The translations under genes were made by a program, and so were the position numbers. From Amoebidium appalachense (taxonomy: Eukaryota > Protista > Ichthyosporea), in assembly GCA_963693365.1 (NCBI GenBank), contig CAVNZM010000017.1, positions 5,942,708-6,006,707 of the forward strand: a DNA stretch of 64,000 nucleotides, in the 5' to 3' direction. This document shows, piece by piece, positions 52,017 to 64,000 of the stretch. Every line of letters starts with the position of its first letter. Positions within the stretch are counted from its first letter, which is position 1. The notes under the pieces were generated by a model that was given only the letters and a program-made list of their open reading frames with translations, did not search any database and was not told where the DNA came from.

Positions 52017-52982
52017 ATGGCTGCCCCATCACTAGTCCGTAGCAAAACGATGCCTTCTCTTGCAACACAGAACTTTCCTTTTCAATACCAAAACACCGTG
52101 CTCTTTTCCGGTGCCCCAACCCTCGCACCACCACCAGCAAATAGACCCACCACCATGCCTCTATCACCATCACCAACACAACTGGCTACACCACAGGGTG
52201 TGCAAGTAGTAACCTCACAACTCGCAAAGGCAAATGACCTTCAAGATGAGATCGAGTCATTGTGTGGCACCCCAACTGCAGAGCACAAGTCACCCGAGTC
52301 CACACACCCGTCCCCCTCGCTCCAAGCACGCACACGCACTCGCCGTGCTTCACATAACAACCACCCGTATGCGCCTGTGGCGACGGCTGTAAATAACCCT
52401 CGGGCAATGGGCTACGCACACATCAGCCCCAGAGCAAACATGCTCCCCAGCCCCTCACCTCATATCGTGCGCCATGTCCAGCCGAGACAGGCATTGCAAA
52501 ACCCAGCAGCACCGGTGCACTTTGTAAATCCGGCAATCAAACTTCAACGTCACGTCTCCGAGCCCATGCTTGGGCCTGCATGCGCGATTCCTACGATGCC
52601 GTTGCCTATTTTCCCAAACAACCTTTCAAGGACGGCCGGTTATGCAAGTTCAAACCCCGACTTTGCAACACTTACAACCAACACATGCGATAACACACAC
52701 GTAGGGGGGTTTTCTCCCTCACTTACACTCACACCATCCAACACGAATGACAGCATGGAAAGCGAAGGGTCCGGGTTCGATGACATGCTCGCATTGACGA
52801 ATTTCGCTGAGAACGATCTTGCTCTACTTAGCGCCATTGAAGGCTTGGACTTTGTGGGTGGGTTGCAGATGGGGTCTATGGTCCAGCAAAATTTCACCTC
52901 GATGACCTCTATCCCCGAGAGGTTGGCAAAAATTATAGAGGATGAGGATTGGGAGACAGCTTTCAATGCTCTCAGCGGGTGA
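52017..52982 (+). CDS. Intronless Pro/Ser/Thr-rich 321-aa protein of unknown function
   Basis: Long non-repetitive ORF with an AAAATGG start context. No domain recognised. Confidence 0.65.
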   Translation: MAAPSLVRSKTMPSLATQNFPFQYQNTVLFSGAPTLAPPPANRPTTMPLSPSPTQLATPQGVQVVTSQLAKANDLQDEIESLCGTPTAEHKSPESTHPSPSLQARTRTRRASHNNHPYAPVATAVNNPRAMGYAHISPRANMLPSPSPHIVRHVQPRQALQNPAAPVHFVNPAIKLQRHVSEPMLGPACAIPTMPLPIFPNNLSRTAGYASSNPDFATLTTNTCDNTHVGGFSPSLTLTPSNTNDSMESEGSGFDDMLALTNFAENDLALLSAIEGLDFVGGLQMGSMVQQNFTSMTSIPERLAKIIEDEDWETAFNALSG

Positions 52983-53394
52983 TTTTTGCGCAAAAGTGCT
53001 TCCCTAAATTTAATGGAGCTTTTTTCCCCCCGAACTTTGTCCCACACCCTTTGGAACCTCACGATACTGGAGCATTCCCTTCATTCTGACAGTGTACATA
53101 TTTTTTAGTCACTATTTAGAAAAATATACAGGGCTGGCCCCTCGTTACTTTAAGCAAATTAGGTTTAAAGGGCTTCTGAAAGATATATGTTGTTGTAGAT
53201 ATAAGTAGAGAGGCATTAAAGATGCCGAAGTAATTTTAGCCTGCAATTGTTGTGGCTGGGAAAATGCCCGGCGGATATTCATGCAGTGCAGTCTGTGACG
53301 CACAGCAAAAACATGTACTCTAGGCTCACAAGGATCTATTACATTCACTTTTTTGCAAACTAATCGCGTGTGCATGTCAGAATGAAAGAGAAAG

Positions 53395-53428
<34 letters not shown>

Positions 53429-53858
53429 GAAACACACGCACACATGTACACCACAGAGTTTTAGGCCCCATCCAGCGCACACGTACGCATGGGCCACGCA
53501 GCGACACACAGGCATGCAGACACACACACGAAACTGCAGAACCTTTAGGACATCTGCCATTTCACACGTTCGTGCTTTACTGAACCAACTGCCCGGTACC
53601 CTCCTACCATTCGAATAGACCGGTACCAGCCAGATCTGCGGATTTGATTTGATCAAATCATGTGACATGTGCTCATTTGTGAATCTGAAGACGCAGTCAG
53701 CTAGGGCGACGGGCAGAACACACACAGGCACGCTGAAACACCTACATAGCAAATTACAGATTGTGCCTCTCATCTACTCCCAAGCCCCCAACAACTGAGT
53801 TGAATTCCTCTATGACCATAAGTCACTATCTGCCTCCCCTCCCCCCCTTTCTACCCTC

Positions 53859-53904
<46 letters not shown>

Positions 53905-54408
53905 CACACACACACACCGGTCCTGTATTGTTAAAAGTTGAGGGCCGTGTCATGGAGCAGCATTTATATAAGATACATGACTTTTGGACTCGGTGAAATT
54001 TTTATTCGAGTGGTGATCCTTTAATATTCGGTTCAGGTAATTATAAGGGTGGGTGTGCATAGCACGTGTTGTCCTACTTACGTACGTACTACATACATAG
54101 TATGCCTTAGGGACTTCATCAGAGAAGAAGGCAAAACTGAAACACCCATCACCATCATTTCAGATGATGCAATGTGGGCAACCGTAAATTCTGATATCAA
54201 TGTGCATTATAACATAATACTAATACTAAATGCACAAACACGCCAGGCTCGTCCTGTTTTATTCGCAACACGAACTATGCATGTTTATAATGTACCACGG
54301 GGAATCTAAATGACAATCACCCTATGTAATCCTGCTTATCTTTCTGCCAACTTACGCCACTAAGTGCTTAGACAGTGTGGGGGTTATAGGGTGTGAGTAA
54401 CTAAACAC

Positions 54409-56032
54409 ATGTGGTCGAGGAAATTCTTGCTGCAACCGCCGGGCATGTGCTCTGCACGGCAGTCTTGTCGTAGAAGGTTGTGACGTCCTTCGTGTAGATC
54501 CTCAAGCTGCAAGGGGGTAGTGTAAGTGCCACAAAGGCACGTGTTTAAGACTATGTCGGCATTTCTCAATGGCATGCATGGGATTCTCCTTTTATGTCGA
54601 AAACCCCATTTCATATATGGTAAGAACCAACATTCATCCGCCTCGACCGGCTGTGAGACACTGGTGACACCAGGGTTTGACGTCAATATGAAGTTACATC
54701 GAGAATAAAAGGTCGACATGGCCTTAAATTTGGCACCAACCATGCAACAATAATGTTAAGCAACAGACAGACAACAACAGCACACACACGTAAGCCGGCG
54801 CGTGTAAGGTTGGTATGCTAAAGCTCTAACAGCCAAATGAAGCAAAGGAATGCACCAGTAGGCATTAATTGAATCAGATGGGTAGAAAAAAACGATGTGA
54901 CTTGAAAGTTGGGCAACTGTGCACACATGTTTTGTGAGCAAACGTCATGTTTTTTGAATCGCTGGCGATTATGATGGTGTCGTGTGTTTCTGAAAGGGAA
55001 GAGGGACGGGAAGAAGAATAATATAGGTGTGCATTGCTGATTCTTCGGGTGGAGGGCTTGCGTTTTGGTTTGTGGGTAGCTTTGGGGGGGAGGGTGGGTG
55101 GGGAGGGGGTGGGGGTGGGTGGGTGGTTAAATGAGTATGTGTGTGTGTGTGTGTGGGGAGGGGGGGGGGGAGGGGGGGGGAGAGGGAGGGGAAGGGGGGG
55201 GGGGGGGGGGGAAGGGGGGAGGGTCGTTTACTTGGCCAGGTTAGGCCTTGTTGAATAAGAACACCAGTCCAGGCCCGTGGTGAATGTGCCACAAATGTCA
55301 TTGACATATCTGTGGTTGGTGTGGTCAGCACAAGAGAGGATTCGACAGGAGAGGTCAAGAAATGAGGGAAGACAACATATTTCGACTTTCCGGCCCCAAT
55401 TTCTGGAAACATTTATCTTTTGTATGGTTGGTTTCCTTTTGTATTGGCTAAAAGCATGTGTCATCGATTAACTAATGGTATGGAGAAGGTGAGTTAAGCT
55501 CAGTCTACCATGGTGTGCTTGTCATCATACATGCGAGAGTTGTGGCTTTGGTAACAAAAAACAAAAGTATGATCTGATGGGGGGTTAACTGTTTTATACC
55601 GCTCTAGTTTTTTAAACGTGCATGGAATGATCAGTGCATAAGGAATCCAACGAACGGGGCCAGGGGTGGGCGGGTGGGCGGGTGTGTGTATGTGTGTGTG
55701 TGTGTTTTGGGGGGGGGGGGGGGGGGGGGGGAAGGAGTGAAAAGAGGGGGAAGGAGAATTGTGAGATGAGGTGCACAGGCAGTGGTGAAGACTAGCTAGA
55801 AGAATGGGAAGAGTGGGAACATTAGCATTTAAGCCTAAAGACGATGCCAAGTTAGAGGAGAAAGGGGGACCATCGAGAGTCTTAAAGAAAAGCAGGAATG
55901 TGGGAGGTGGAAGTTTGTAAGAGAGAGCAATTGGTATACGGGATGAAGAGCAAACTGACAGCGTGTATGTTTGTGTGTCTGAGCCGACGAGCGGACAGGA
56001 GTACGAGATGGAGGGGAAAGGGAGGGGAATTG

Positions 56033-56066
<34 letters not shown>

Positions 56067-57113
56067 GGGAGAGAGCGATGGAGAGAGAGGGAGGGAGAGC
56101 CACAGAGGGAGAGAGAGAGAGAGAGAGAGGGAGGAAGCAAGAGAAATAGAGAGAGAGAGAGGGTGGAGGTGGTGTTGGGGGGGGGGGGGGGGGGGGGGGG
56201 GGTGACTTACAAAATGGCCACAGATTGGACGTCAAGAGTCGAGGTAGGCATGGAAGTGAGGTTGAATCTAGCGAATTTCCTATAACGAGGTTGACATTAG
56301 TGTCGGCCCATAATATTATGGCAAGCTCTCAAGTCGGCTATCGTGTCTGCTGTTCCGTTCACTTGGTTGTGTCTTTGTGTTTCTTTCTTTCCACTTGGTC
56401 TTGTCGCACACCCACACCCTAAGCACAAACCAATCCTTCTCCCCCCCCCCCCCCCCCCCTCCCCTCCCCCCGCCCACCACCACCACAGACACACTCCATC
56501 CGGGATCCGGGCACAAAATGAACGCCCACAACCTGAGCCCCCCCCCCCCTCCCCCCCCCCTCCTCACACACCCAAGCCATTGAACACTCTCTTTTGCTCA
56601 GCCCAAACCAAACATCACCTGGAACCCCCCCCCCCCCACCTCCCCTCCCCTTTTCCAGGCACCACGGAACGTACAGGTAACTCAAAGTGCCGGCAGGGTA
56701 GAAGGGCCAGAAAAATTCGTCTTGAACGGTTGTGACAGCCAACCTGGCAATGCCTTCAAATCCATAGGCACACCCCGTGAATGATGGGACGCAGGATTCA
56801 TACGGGTGAAAGTACCTGTGTGTGGATAATGCATACATTATTACTTGGATGCAATTACAGGAGCAGACTGTCATACGCGGGGGGGGGGGGGGGGGGGGGG
56901 GAAGAAAGAAAGAAAGAAAGAAAAGCACACATACTAACAAACACACCAAGGCACTCCAACTCAATCTTCCCACCTCTCACCTCCTCACCGTTTCCCATGT
57001 GGCTTAGCCAGTCATGCTTACCCTCTTGCTTCTTTACACTCGAGATGAGTCGGGATTTTTTCGGGAACACCACTTGCGTGGCACGCAGACATTATGGAGG
57101 TGATACATAGTGT

Positions 57114-57166
<53 letters not shown>

Positions 57167-57656
57167 TTGGCACAGGTCTGCTTTCGCAGAAGAGGGGGGG
57201 GGGGGGGGGAGGGGGGGGGGGGGGGGGGGGGTTAAAGGATGTGTTAAGGAGTGCGAAGTACACATTGAGGGCGGACAATACAAAGCAGATTTTGCCAAAG
57301 AAGGAACACGAAGTTATGAAGCAATGCTTCATAGATAGATCTTCATCCTCGGGGGTTGCCCCACAATATCCAGGTTTCTACACACCCAACATGTGCGCGA
57401 AATTCAAACTGCTTGATTTACGCATGGGTGGGTCACCCGTCTTGATCTAGAGACAAGGCCCCCCGGGAGGCAGGGGGGGAAAGAGGGGGGGGGGGGGGGA
57501 GGGCGGGAGGGGGGGGGACATCGGTTAACACTTACATAGAAGACAGCGTGAGCATTTCCGTTGGGAGGTTTGCCAGGCGCAACTCCCCCTGTGCAGTCAC
57601 ACCCACCCTCAACTCGGTTGGTGCAACACTGCCAAGCGTAAATGCCCGATATTTGC
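54409..57656 (-). CDS. Probable downstream exons of the EGF/TSP1 gene (57656-57536, 56815-56675, 55309-55232, about 54506-54409)
   Basis: AG/GT-bounded non-repetitive segments whose phases (1-2, 2-2, 2-2, 2-) chain into an open frame (...YFHPYESCVPSFTGCAYGFEG...YVNDICGTFTTGLDWCSY...LRIYTKDV...). No domain recognised, and the 3' end is not resolved. Confidence 0.45.
57232..57460 (-). mobile_element. Highly diverged member of the structured C-run-terminated repeat family
   Basis: The minus strand keeps GTCTCTAGATCAAGACGGGTGACC, GAAAC, CCCCGAGGATG and TGTGTACTTCG, and ends in a C-run. Confidence 0.65.
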
Positions 57657-57748
57657 CTGCAAGGGATGAGAGTGTTGTGTTAGTCATTTAGCATTATTGG
57701 TTTGTGACTCTGCCTTCCTCTTCTTCTTCTTTCTTTATTCCCCCCCTT

Positions 57749-57779
<31 letters not shown>

Positions 57780-57874
57780 GAACTTAGCCGAAGGGCGAGA
57801 CGAAGTACTGTATGGAATTATCCAATCACTAAAGCTTTTACTAAAAAAAAAAAAAGGGTTGCACGTTCACTTAC

Positions 57875-59546
57875 CACACGTCTCCGTTCCAAGAGGGGTA
57901 CACGCTTCGCTGTCAACGTACACGGAGTTGTCAGGTGTTGTAATGCCGGTCCTGTCGTATATGTCACTGCACTTGCGCACTCTTGCACGGGATCCTTCGC
58001 AACAGGGCGACCAATCACTCCAATCCTTGTATGAGCCGGAGTAAAGGCATGTTCCTGGGAGGTCTGTAGGGTTGCCGGATATCACGTCAGTCAAGGGGCA
58101 CCTAACGTGCCGGATAGGGCAATTATTGGATATCACGATGGGACTGTTACTTTATGGTGTTGTCCTTGTATGTGTCCCACTTGTACCCGGCGTGGCTTAC
58201 TATGACCAACTTGTTTTATGTAACTCCGTGTGCTAGTGATGTCCTGAGCAAAGTCCAAGAGAGTAGTTGTTTACATGTATATACAGTACACGGACAGCAT
58301 GCCAGATCCTCGGGTAGATTTTGAAAAAGAATTTAAAAAAAAAAAAAAAAGGGGGGGGGGGGGGATATATGGAGGGGACAAAAAAAAAAAAAAAAAAAAA
58401 AAGTGCACATAGTCTGTGCTGACCGTGACCGTGAAGTGAGACTGTGTGGAACTACAGTGTACCTGTACATCCACACCAACAACACGCACAATGAAAGGCG
58501 ACCGAGGCAAGAAAAAAAAAAATAGGGCTACATATGGGGACTTACTATTAGAGCACACTGTCACACCGTCCCCGGTGTAGGGACTGTTGCAGGCGCAGGT
58601 GAAGCTGCCGGTGGTGTCGGTGCAGGTGGCATTGCCATTGCAGTCGTGGGTGTTTGCTGCACACTCGTCAACATCTGAAAAATGTGCGGGTAAGCTCCAA
58701 GCATAGATGGTGTTGTTCAAATGTGTGAATAAAGCTGTGTATGCCTGTACCCGGGCCAGAGGAGTGGTCCCACGTCATGCCAGAACAGGTGTAAATGTGA
58801 GAGGTGGCAGCACTAGTTATACTTGATAGACTTTACACGCCATACATTCTAACTCACCCGGAACAAGCATTGGTACTACACGAACACCTTCATGTAAAAT
58901 GCCAAGTCAAAAGTGTACATCGAATTGCACCAATGGATGTTTGCTAATCGTACCCATAAGAGCTAACCTTCATTATCCTTCCGAAGTGTGGTGTTTGAAG
59001 TAACAATGCATTTTTTGATTGCCATGCAAATGAGCATTGCATTTGAGTGTGGTTTGTGAGTCGTGATCGACTGTTTTGCTATAACGTAAACGTTATCTAC
59101 CTGAAGATGAGTAGCTGAAGAACGGTGCCATCCCAGCAGCACGGCCTACAGACCCCCCCCCCCCCCCCCCCCCCCCCCCCGCCCCCTCCCCTCCCCCTCC
59201 TCCCTCAACACATCCACACACACACACATACACACACCACCCCCACACAGCATATTGGTGTCCAGGATAAAACAATTACAACGGTTGAAAAAAGTACATG
59301 CACTTACTGTTGCATGTCACACCATCCCCCGTGTATCCACTGTTGCAGGCGCATGTGAAGCTGCCGGTGGTATCAGTACATGCGGCATTGGCATCGCAGT
59401 CGTGGGTGTTGGTTGCACACTCGTCAACATCTGCATGTGAGTGGGTCAGTCGTGGACTGGCCTGAAGTCAATTTAGGCGCCTGCATACACATGGGGGTTC
59501 TCTGGTAAGAATCAGGCCCACCTCCTTACGTTTATACACCGTCTGA

Positions 59547-59598
<52 letters not shown>

Positions 59599-60164
59599 AC
59601 ACACACGCCCACAAAAAAAACCCACCCCACACATGCCCACACCGTCGCGGCATATAAAAATTCACATAAACATGTGGATATAAGAGCGAGACATCAAGGG
59701 ACGCACTTGCGCATGAAGTTATGACTCCACTGCCGGTATATCCGCTGTTGCATGTGCAGGTGAAGCTGCCCGCCGTGTTTGCACAAACACTGTTGCCGTC
59801 GCAGTTATGGCTGCCAAACACACACTCATTGAAGTCTGGGGTGGTGAATGGTATTAGGTGCGTGTCATTGAAATGGGGTCTTAATGTGGTACAGAATCCA
59901 TCCGTTTGGGCCTCCCCTTCATCCTTCCATTGAGGCTCATTTCAGAAACACACGTACCTCCCCCCCCCCCCTCCCCCCTCCCCTTCCCCCCCGGGGGCCC
60001 CCTTTCCTCCACTTGACTGAATGTAGTCTATTGCCTACAGCAGGAAGTTGGGTTAGAGTCGTGGAGGGGAGGGTCCCCCCCCCCCTCCCCCCCCCGGGGT
60101 GCCCCGCCCCCCCCCCCCCCCCCCCCCCCCACCCCCTTCCCCCAACACACACACAAACACATAG

Positions 60165-60199
<35 letters not shown>

Positions 60200-61973
60200 T
60201 CCCCCCATTTTTCTTTTCCCATCACATTCAGCCAGGAAGCGGCATCCAGGGCCAAATCTTTTCCAACCACCAAACCACATGCAAGACTGTGAGCATATGC
60301 GACTGTGCAGGAATACTGACCAGTGCACGTCACACCATCCCCCGTGTATCCACTGTTGCAGGCGCAGGTGAAGCTGCCGGTGGTGTCGGTACAGGCGGCA
60401 TTGGCATTGCAGTTGTCTGTGTTCAAGCTGCACTCGTCGATGTCTGAGTTGGACGTTGGTGAGTGTGTGAGGTGCGTAAATGGGAGGTGTGGGTCTGTGT
60501 GCGAAGTGCAGAAATATGTGAAACTCTAAGGTATTCCTTTGCAACCATGTGCAGCGCCATCCCCCCCTCCACCACCCCTCCTTCACACACACAAACACAT
60601 TCCCCCTCTCCTCCCACTTCCCCTCCCTTCCTTCACACACACATCCCCTCCCCCCTTCCCCCCCCCCCCCTCCAACCCCCGCGGCGGGCACGCACATCCC
60701 CCCCCCCCCCCTCCCCCCCCCCCCCTCTCCTAGCCGCCCCCCCCCCCCCCCCTCCACACACACACACACACATACACACAACAACAATAGCAACAACAGA
60801 AAAGTAAAAAAGGTACGATTTCGATACTTAGATTAAATCAGATGTGATGTTTAGAGTATGGTGTCGGGCATCGTAGATTGACCCCTCTAGATCCAGGGGG
60901 TTGCTATCGCGCTGACGTTACAGTTTTGGAGAGCTCTCGCGGCGGGCATCACGGGGATATAAGTTTTTCGGCGATATCTTTGTTATTAGGAAGTGATGAC
61001 GTCACAAGCCCCCTAAAAGCCCCGAAAATGCGTCATTACTGCGTCATTGCTGCTAAAAAATAGTAACACACCGTTTCTAACTGCCATATATGGTAGTTCC
61101 GCGAAAATTTGAAAACTTTACATTTTCAGACCGTGCTGCTGCACATTCCCAATGTGTGACAATAGACATGTGTAACAGAAGAAAGACGACGTGGAAAAAG
61201 CAGTCTTTAGGTTTTTTATGAGACCCAACCCTTCAGGGCTGTATACGGCACGGCCCGGATTCTTGGACTGCAGTTCGATCCTGGCCGTGACTGAAAAAAA
61301 ATCTTTTTTTCAATTTTTTTTTTCTCAACTCCAAGAATATCACACGACAGCTCTCGTCGAGATATGTCGATTGCACTAAGAAACTTCTAAAGTTCATATG
61401 TGGATATTCGAGAAACACGCTTGCAAAAATCGATGACGTCACAAGCCCCCTAAATGGTCTGAAAATTTCTCAATGAGAAAAAAAATTGCAGTTTTTTTTT
61501 TTCTTTTTCTTTTTCACGTTTCGAGACGTCAGTTTGTAGCCCTTGATGGGACGCATCAAAAAATATGTCTTTTACCCGAATGGGATAGACTGCGGGTAAG
61601 TTATTGGATCGCGAAATTTATAAGATATATTTTTCCGGATGGGTCAATCTACGACGTCCGACACCATACATAGCCTGCACTTACTGCTGCACATGACCCC
61701 AATCCCCGAGTATCCGCTGTTGCATGTGCAGGTGTAGCTGCCGGTGGTGTCGGTACATGCGGCATTGGCATTGCATTGGTGGGTGTTGGTTGCACACTCG
61801 TCCACATCTGTGTAGAATTAGGTAAGTCGCGGTTGCCTAGAGGCTATCTAAGTGCTCGTGCACACATGGTTTTAGTTTATTAATTCCATTGGCTAGGCCC
61901 ATCATCAACCCCTCTCACCACCCCTCGCGCACACAAGCGCCCGCACACACACACACACACACGCACACACACA

Positions 61974-62042
<69 letters not shown>

Positions 62043-62734
62043 GCCTACCACCCCTCTCCCCCCCTCCCTCGACTTGTGTCATCGTCAATCCCTCCCTCCC
62101 TCCTCCTCTCCTCCCTCCTCCCTCCCCCTGAAACACGCACACGCACACACACACACACAAACAAACAAACAAACAAAGAAATCATCGTCACAAACATTTC
62201 ACCAGCCCATCCAAGATGCAAGATAATAGAAAGACACACACTTGTGCACATGACACCGTTGCCGGTGTAGCCGCTGTTGCATGAGCAGCTGAAGCTGCCG
62301 GCTAGATTGTAGCAGACACTGTTGCTGCTGCAGTCGTGGCTGCCTTGAGAGCACTCATTGATATCTGGGTGGGGAGAATAGTTGAACAGAGTCAGTTCTT
62401 GGTATGAAAAGAGTGGAGCTTGTGCTAACCGTCAGACTCTGTCCGTGCCTCCCCTCGGGTGATTCTCAAAAAAAGCAGTACCCCTTCCCTCCCCTTCCCA
62501 ACCCCCCCCCCCCGCCCAGCGTCCAGTGCAGCTTAGTGCCCAGTCCTACAGCAGAGAGCACCTCCGGAGAAGGCAAAGGGCGAGGGGCTAATAAATAGCT
62601 TTGAATGCCACGCAGAGGTAGGGTTCTTTGTGAGAGGGTGGGGGGGGGGCTCAACAAGACACGTAACCCCAGCCGAAACATGCAGCCAGGTGCCACTCCC
62701 CCCCCCCTCCCCCCCCCCCCCCCCCTCCCCGGGT

Positions 62735-62801
<67 letters not shown>

Positions 62802-63961
62802 GCCCGCCCACCCACGTTCCACCCATCCACCCGCCCACAATTCTTCCGGCCTATGGCCTACAATACCACAGTTCACTGAAAAAAATAGATACAAACCTCC
62901 GCAAATTTCGCCACTGCCCGTGTATCCGCTGTTGCATGCACAGGTGAAGCTGCCGGGGCTATCTGTGCACGTGGCCTGTGCGTTGCAGTTGTCTGTCTCC
63001 AGGGCACACTCGTCCACATCTGCAACACAGCGTGTGAGCATCAGAGTGGGTGGTTGCTAGAGGTGTTTAGCTCTGTGGCTTCGGTTGCTTGAAGTGTTCT
63101 TCGCATTACTACCTCTTTGGGCCTAAGCGAATTGAACATAGCGTACTCAAAGTGTGTTCTTCTCCCCCCCCTCCCCCCCCCCCCCCTCCCGCCAACCCAT
63201 ATCCCCGACACACACACACACACACACCTCCACATATCCCCCCCCCCCCCCCCCCCCCCCCCCCTCTCCGGGAGAGGGGGGTGCCAGGCCCTCACCGGAA
63301 CATAATCAAACAGATACCCGTTTAAACACACCCACACCCACGCTAGATACATCGCACGAGGAAGCTAGATATGGGAAGAGAGGGTGAACAAGCTAGAAAA
63401 GGGGAAGCAACGTTCAAGCAAAAAGGTGCGCTGATAAATGGGGGACTCACTATCGCACTGCACGCCCGTGCCCATCCAGCCCACATTGCACGTGCAGGAG
63501 AAGCTGCCGTCTGTGTTGGCGCATTCGGCCTGGCCATGGCAGTTATGCGTGCCGGCGCTGCACTCCTGCACGTCTGTGGGCCCCGAAAATGAGCAAATGC
63601 ATGGTGGCAGTCTGCAATCCATTACATCTCTTTCCCAAACTCCCCTCCCCTCCCGGAGCTACTTACTCCCTCGAAATCAACACACCTACGCACCAAAAAC
63701 TGCACCTACCTACCCACCTAAAGGCACGTTCCCAACAATGCAAGCACAAACACGAACATGCAAACCCTAGGCATCAACGGCCATATAACTCATCCCCACG
63801 TGCACAGAAACGACTGTGAATGCATCTTGGATGCGTACCGCTGCAGCTGGTGCCCGAGCCGTCATATCCGGTGTTGCAGGTGCACGTGAAGCTGCCGGTG
63901 GTGTCGGCACACACCGCCTGCACATCGCAGTCGGCAGTGCCCAGCGTGCACTCGTCCAGGT
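57875..63961 (-). CDS. Extracellular protein with tandem Ca-binding EGF repeats followed by a TSP1-like module (5' end outside window). EGF exons: 63961-63839, 63573-63451, 63019-62897, 62364-62242, 61807-61685, 60443-60321, 59835-59707, 59430-59308, 58674-58546. TSP1 exon about 58063-57875
   Basis: Nine phase 1-1 exons of 123 or 129 nt, each encoding D-x-(D/N/Q)-EC...C...C-x-(D/N)-x2-GS(F/Y)-x-C-x-C-x2-G(Y/W)-x-G-x-G-x2-C. These are followed by WSDWSPCC-x3-RARVRKC. Confidence 0.9.
60856..61669. mobile_element. Non-autonomous TIR element (MITE, about 814 bp) in an EGF-gene intron
   Basis: 29-bp TIR GTATGGTGTCGGGCATCGTAGATTGACCC / GGGTCAATCTACGACGTCCGACACCATAC with 2 mismatches. Internal direct repeat GATGACGTCACAAGCCCCCTAAA at about 60995 and 61432. 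TSD is ambiguous (TA or TAG). Confidence 0.85.
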
Positions 63962-64000
63962 CTGGGGGGTAGCAATAAAACATACGTCAGTGCTTGTTCA

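Overview
Eukaryotic DNA with intron-rich genes. The gene content (MIF, CMC1, EIPR1, RGS, EGF/TSP1 protein) looks animal-like, so a unicellular holozoan or other opisthokont is inferred, not proven. Introns are packed with (CA)n/(GA)n microsatellites and long G/C homopolymers, so most ORFs in the supplied track are noise. Genes reconstructed by hand: MIF (-, 2 exons), a CMC1-like twin-CX9C protein (+, 3 exons), EIPR1/TSSC1 (-, 13 exons, one GC-AG intron), an intronless RGS-domain gene (-), an intronless disordered 321-aa ORF (+), and the 3' part of a Ca-EGF-repeat/TSP1 gene (-). Mobile DNA: a young full-length Copia element in a poly(C) run (25124-31003), a deleted hAT with an 8-bp TSD (35314-38289), a split-direct-repeat tyrosine-recombinase retrotransposon whose RT, RNase H and YR lie in one reading frame (44228-50336), and several MITEs. 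The strongest novelty candidate is a family of about 10 intronic, 3'-anchored, 5'-truncated elements. They end in GCATTCAAA or a variant followed by a C-run or C-rich tract instead of poly(A), carry a covarying RNA secondary structure, and all lie sense to their host genes.
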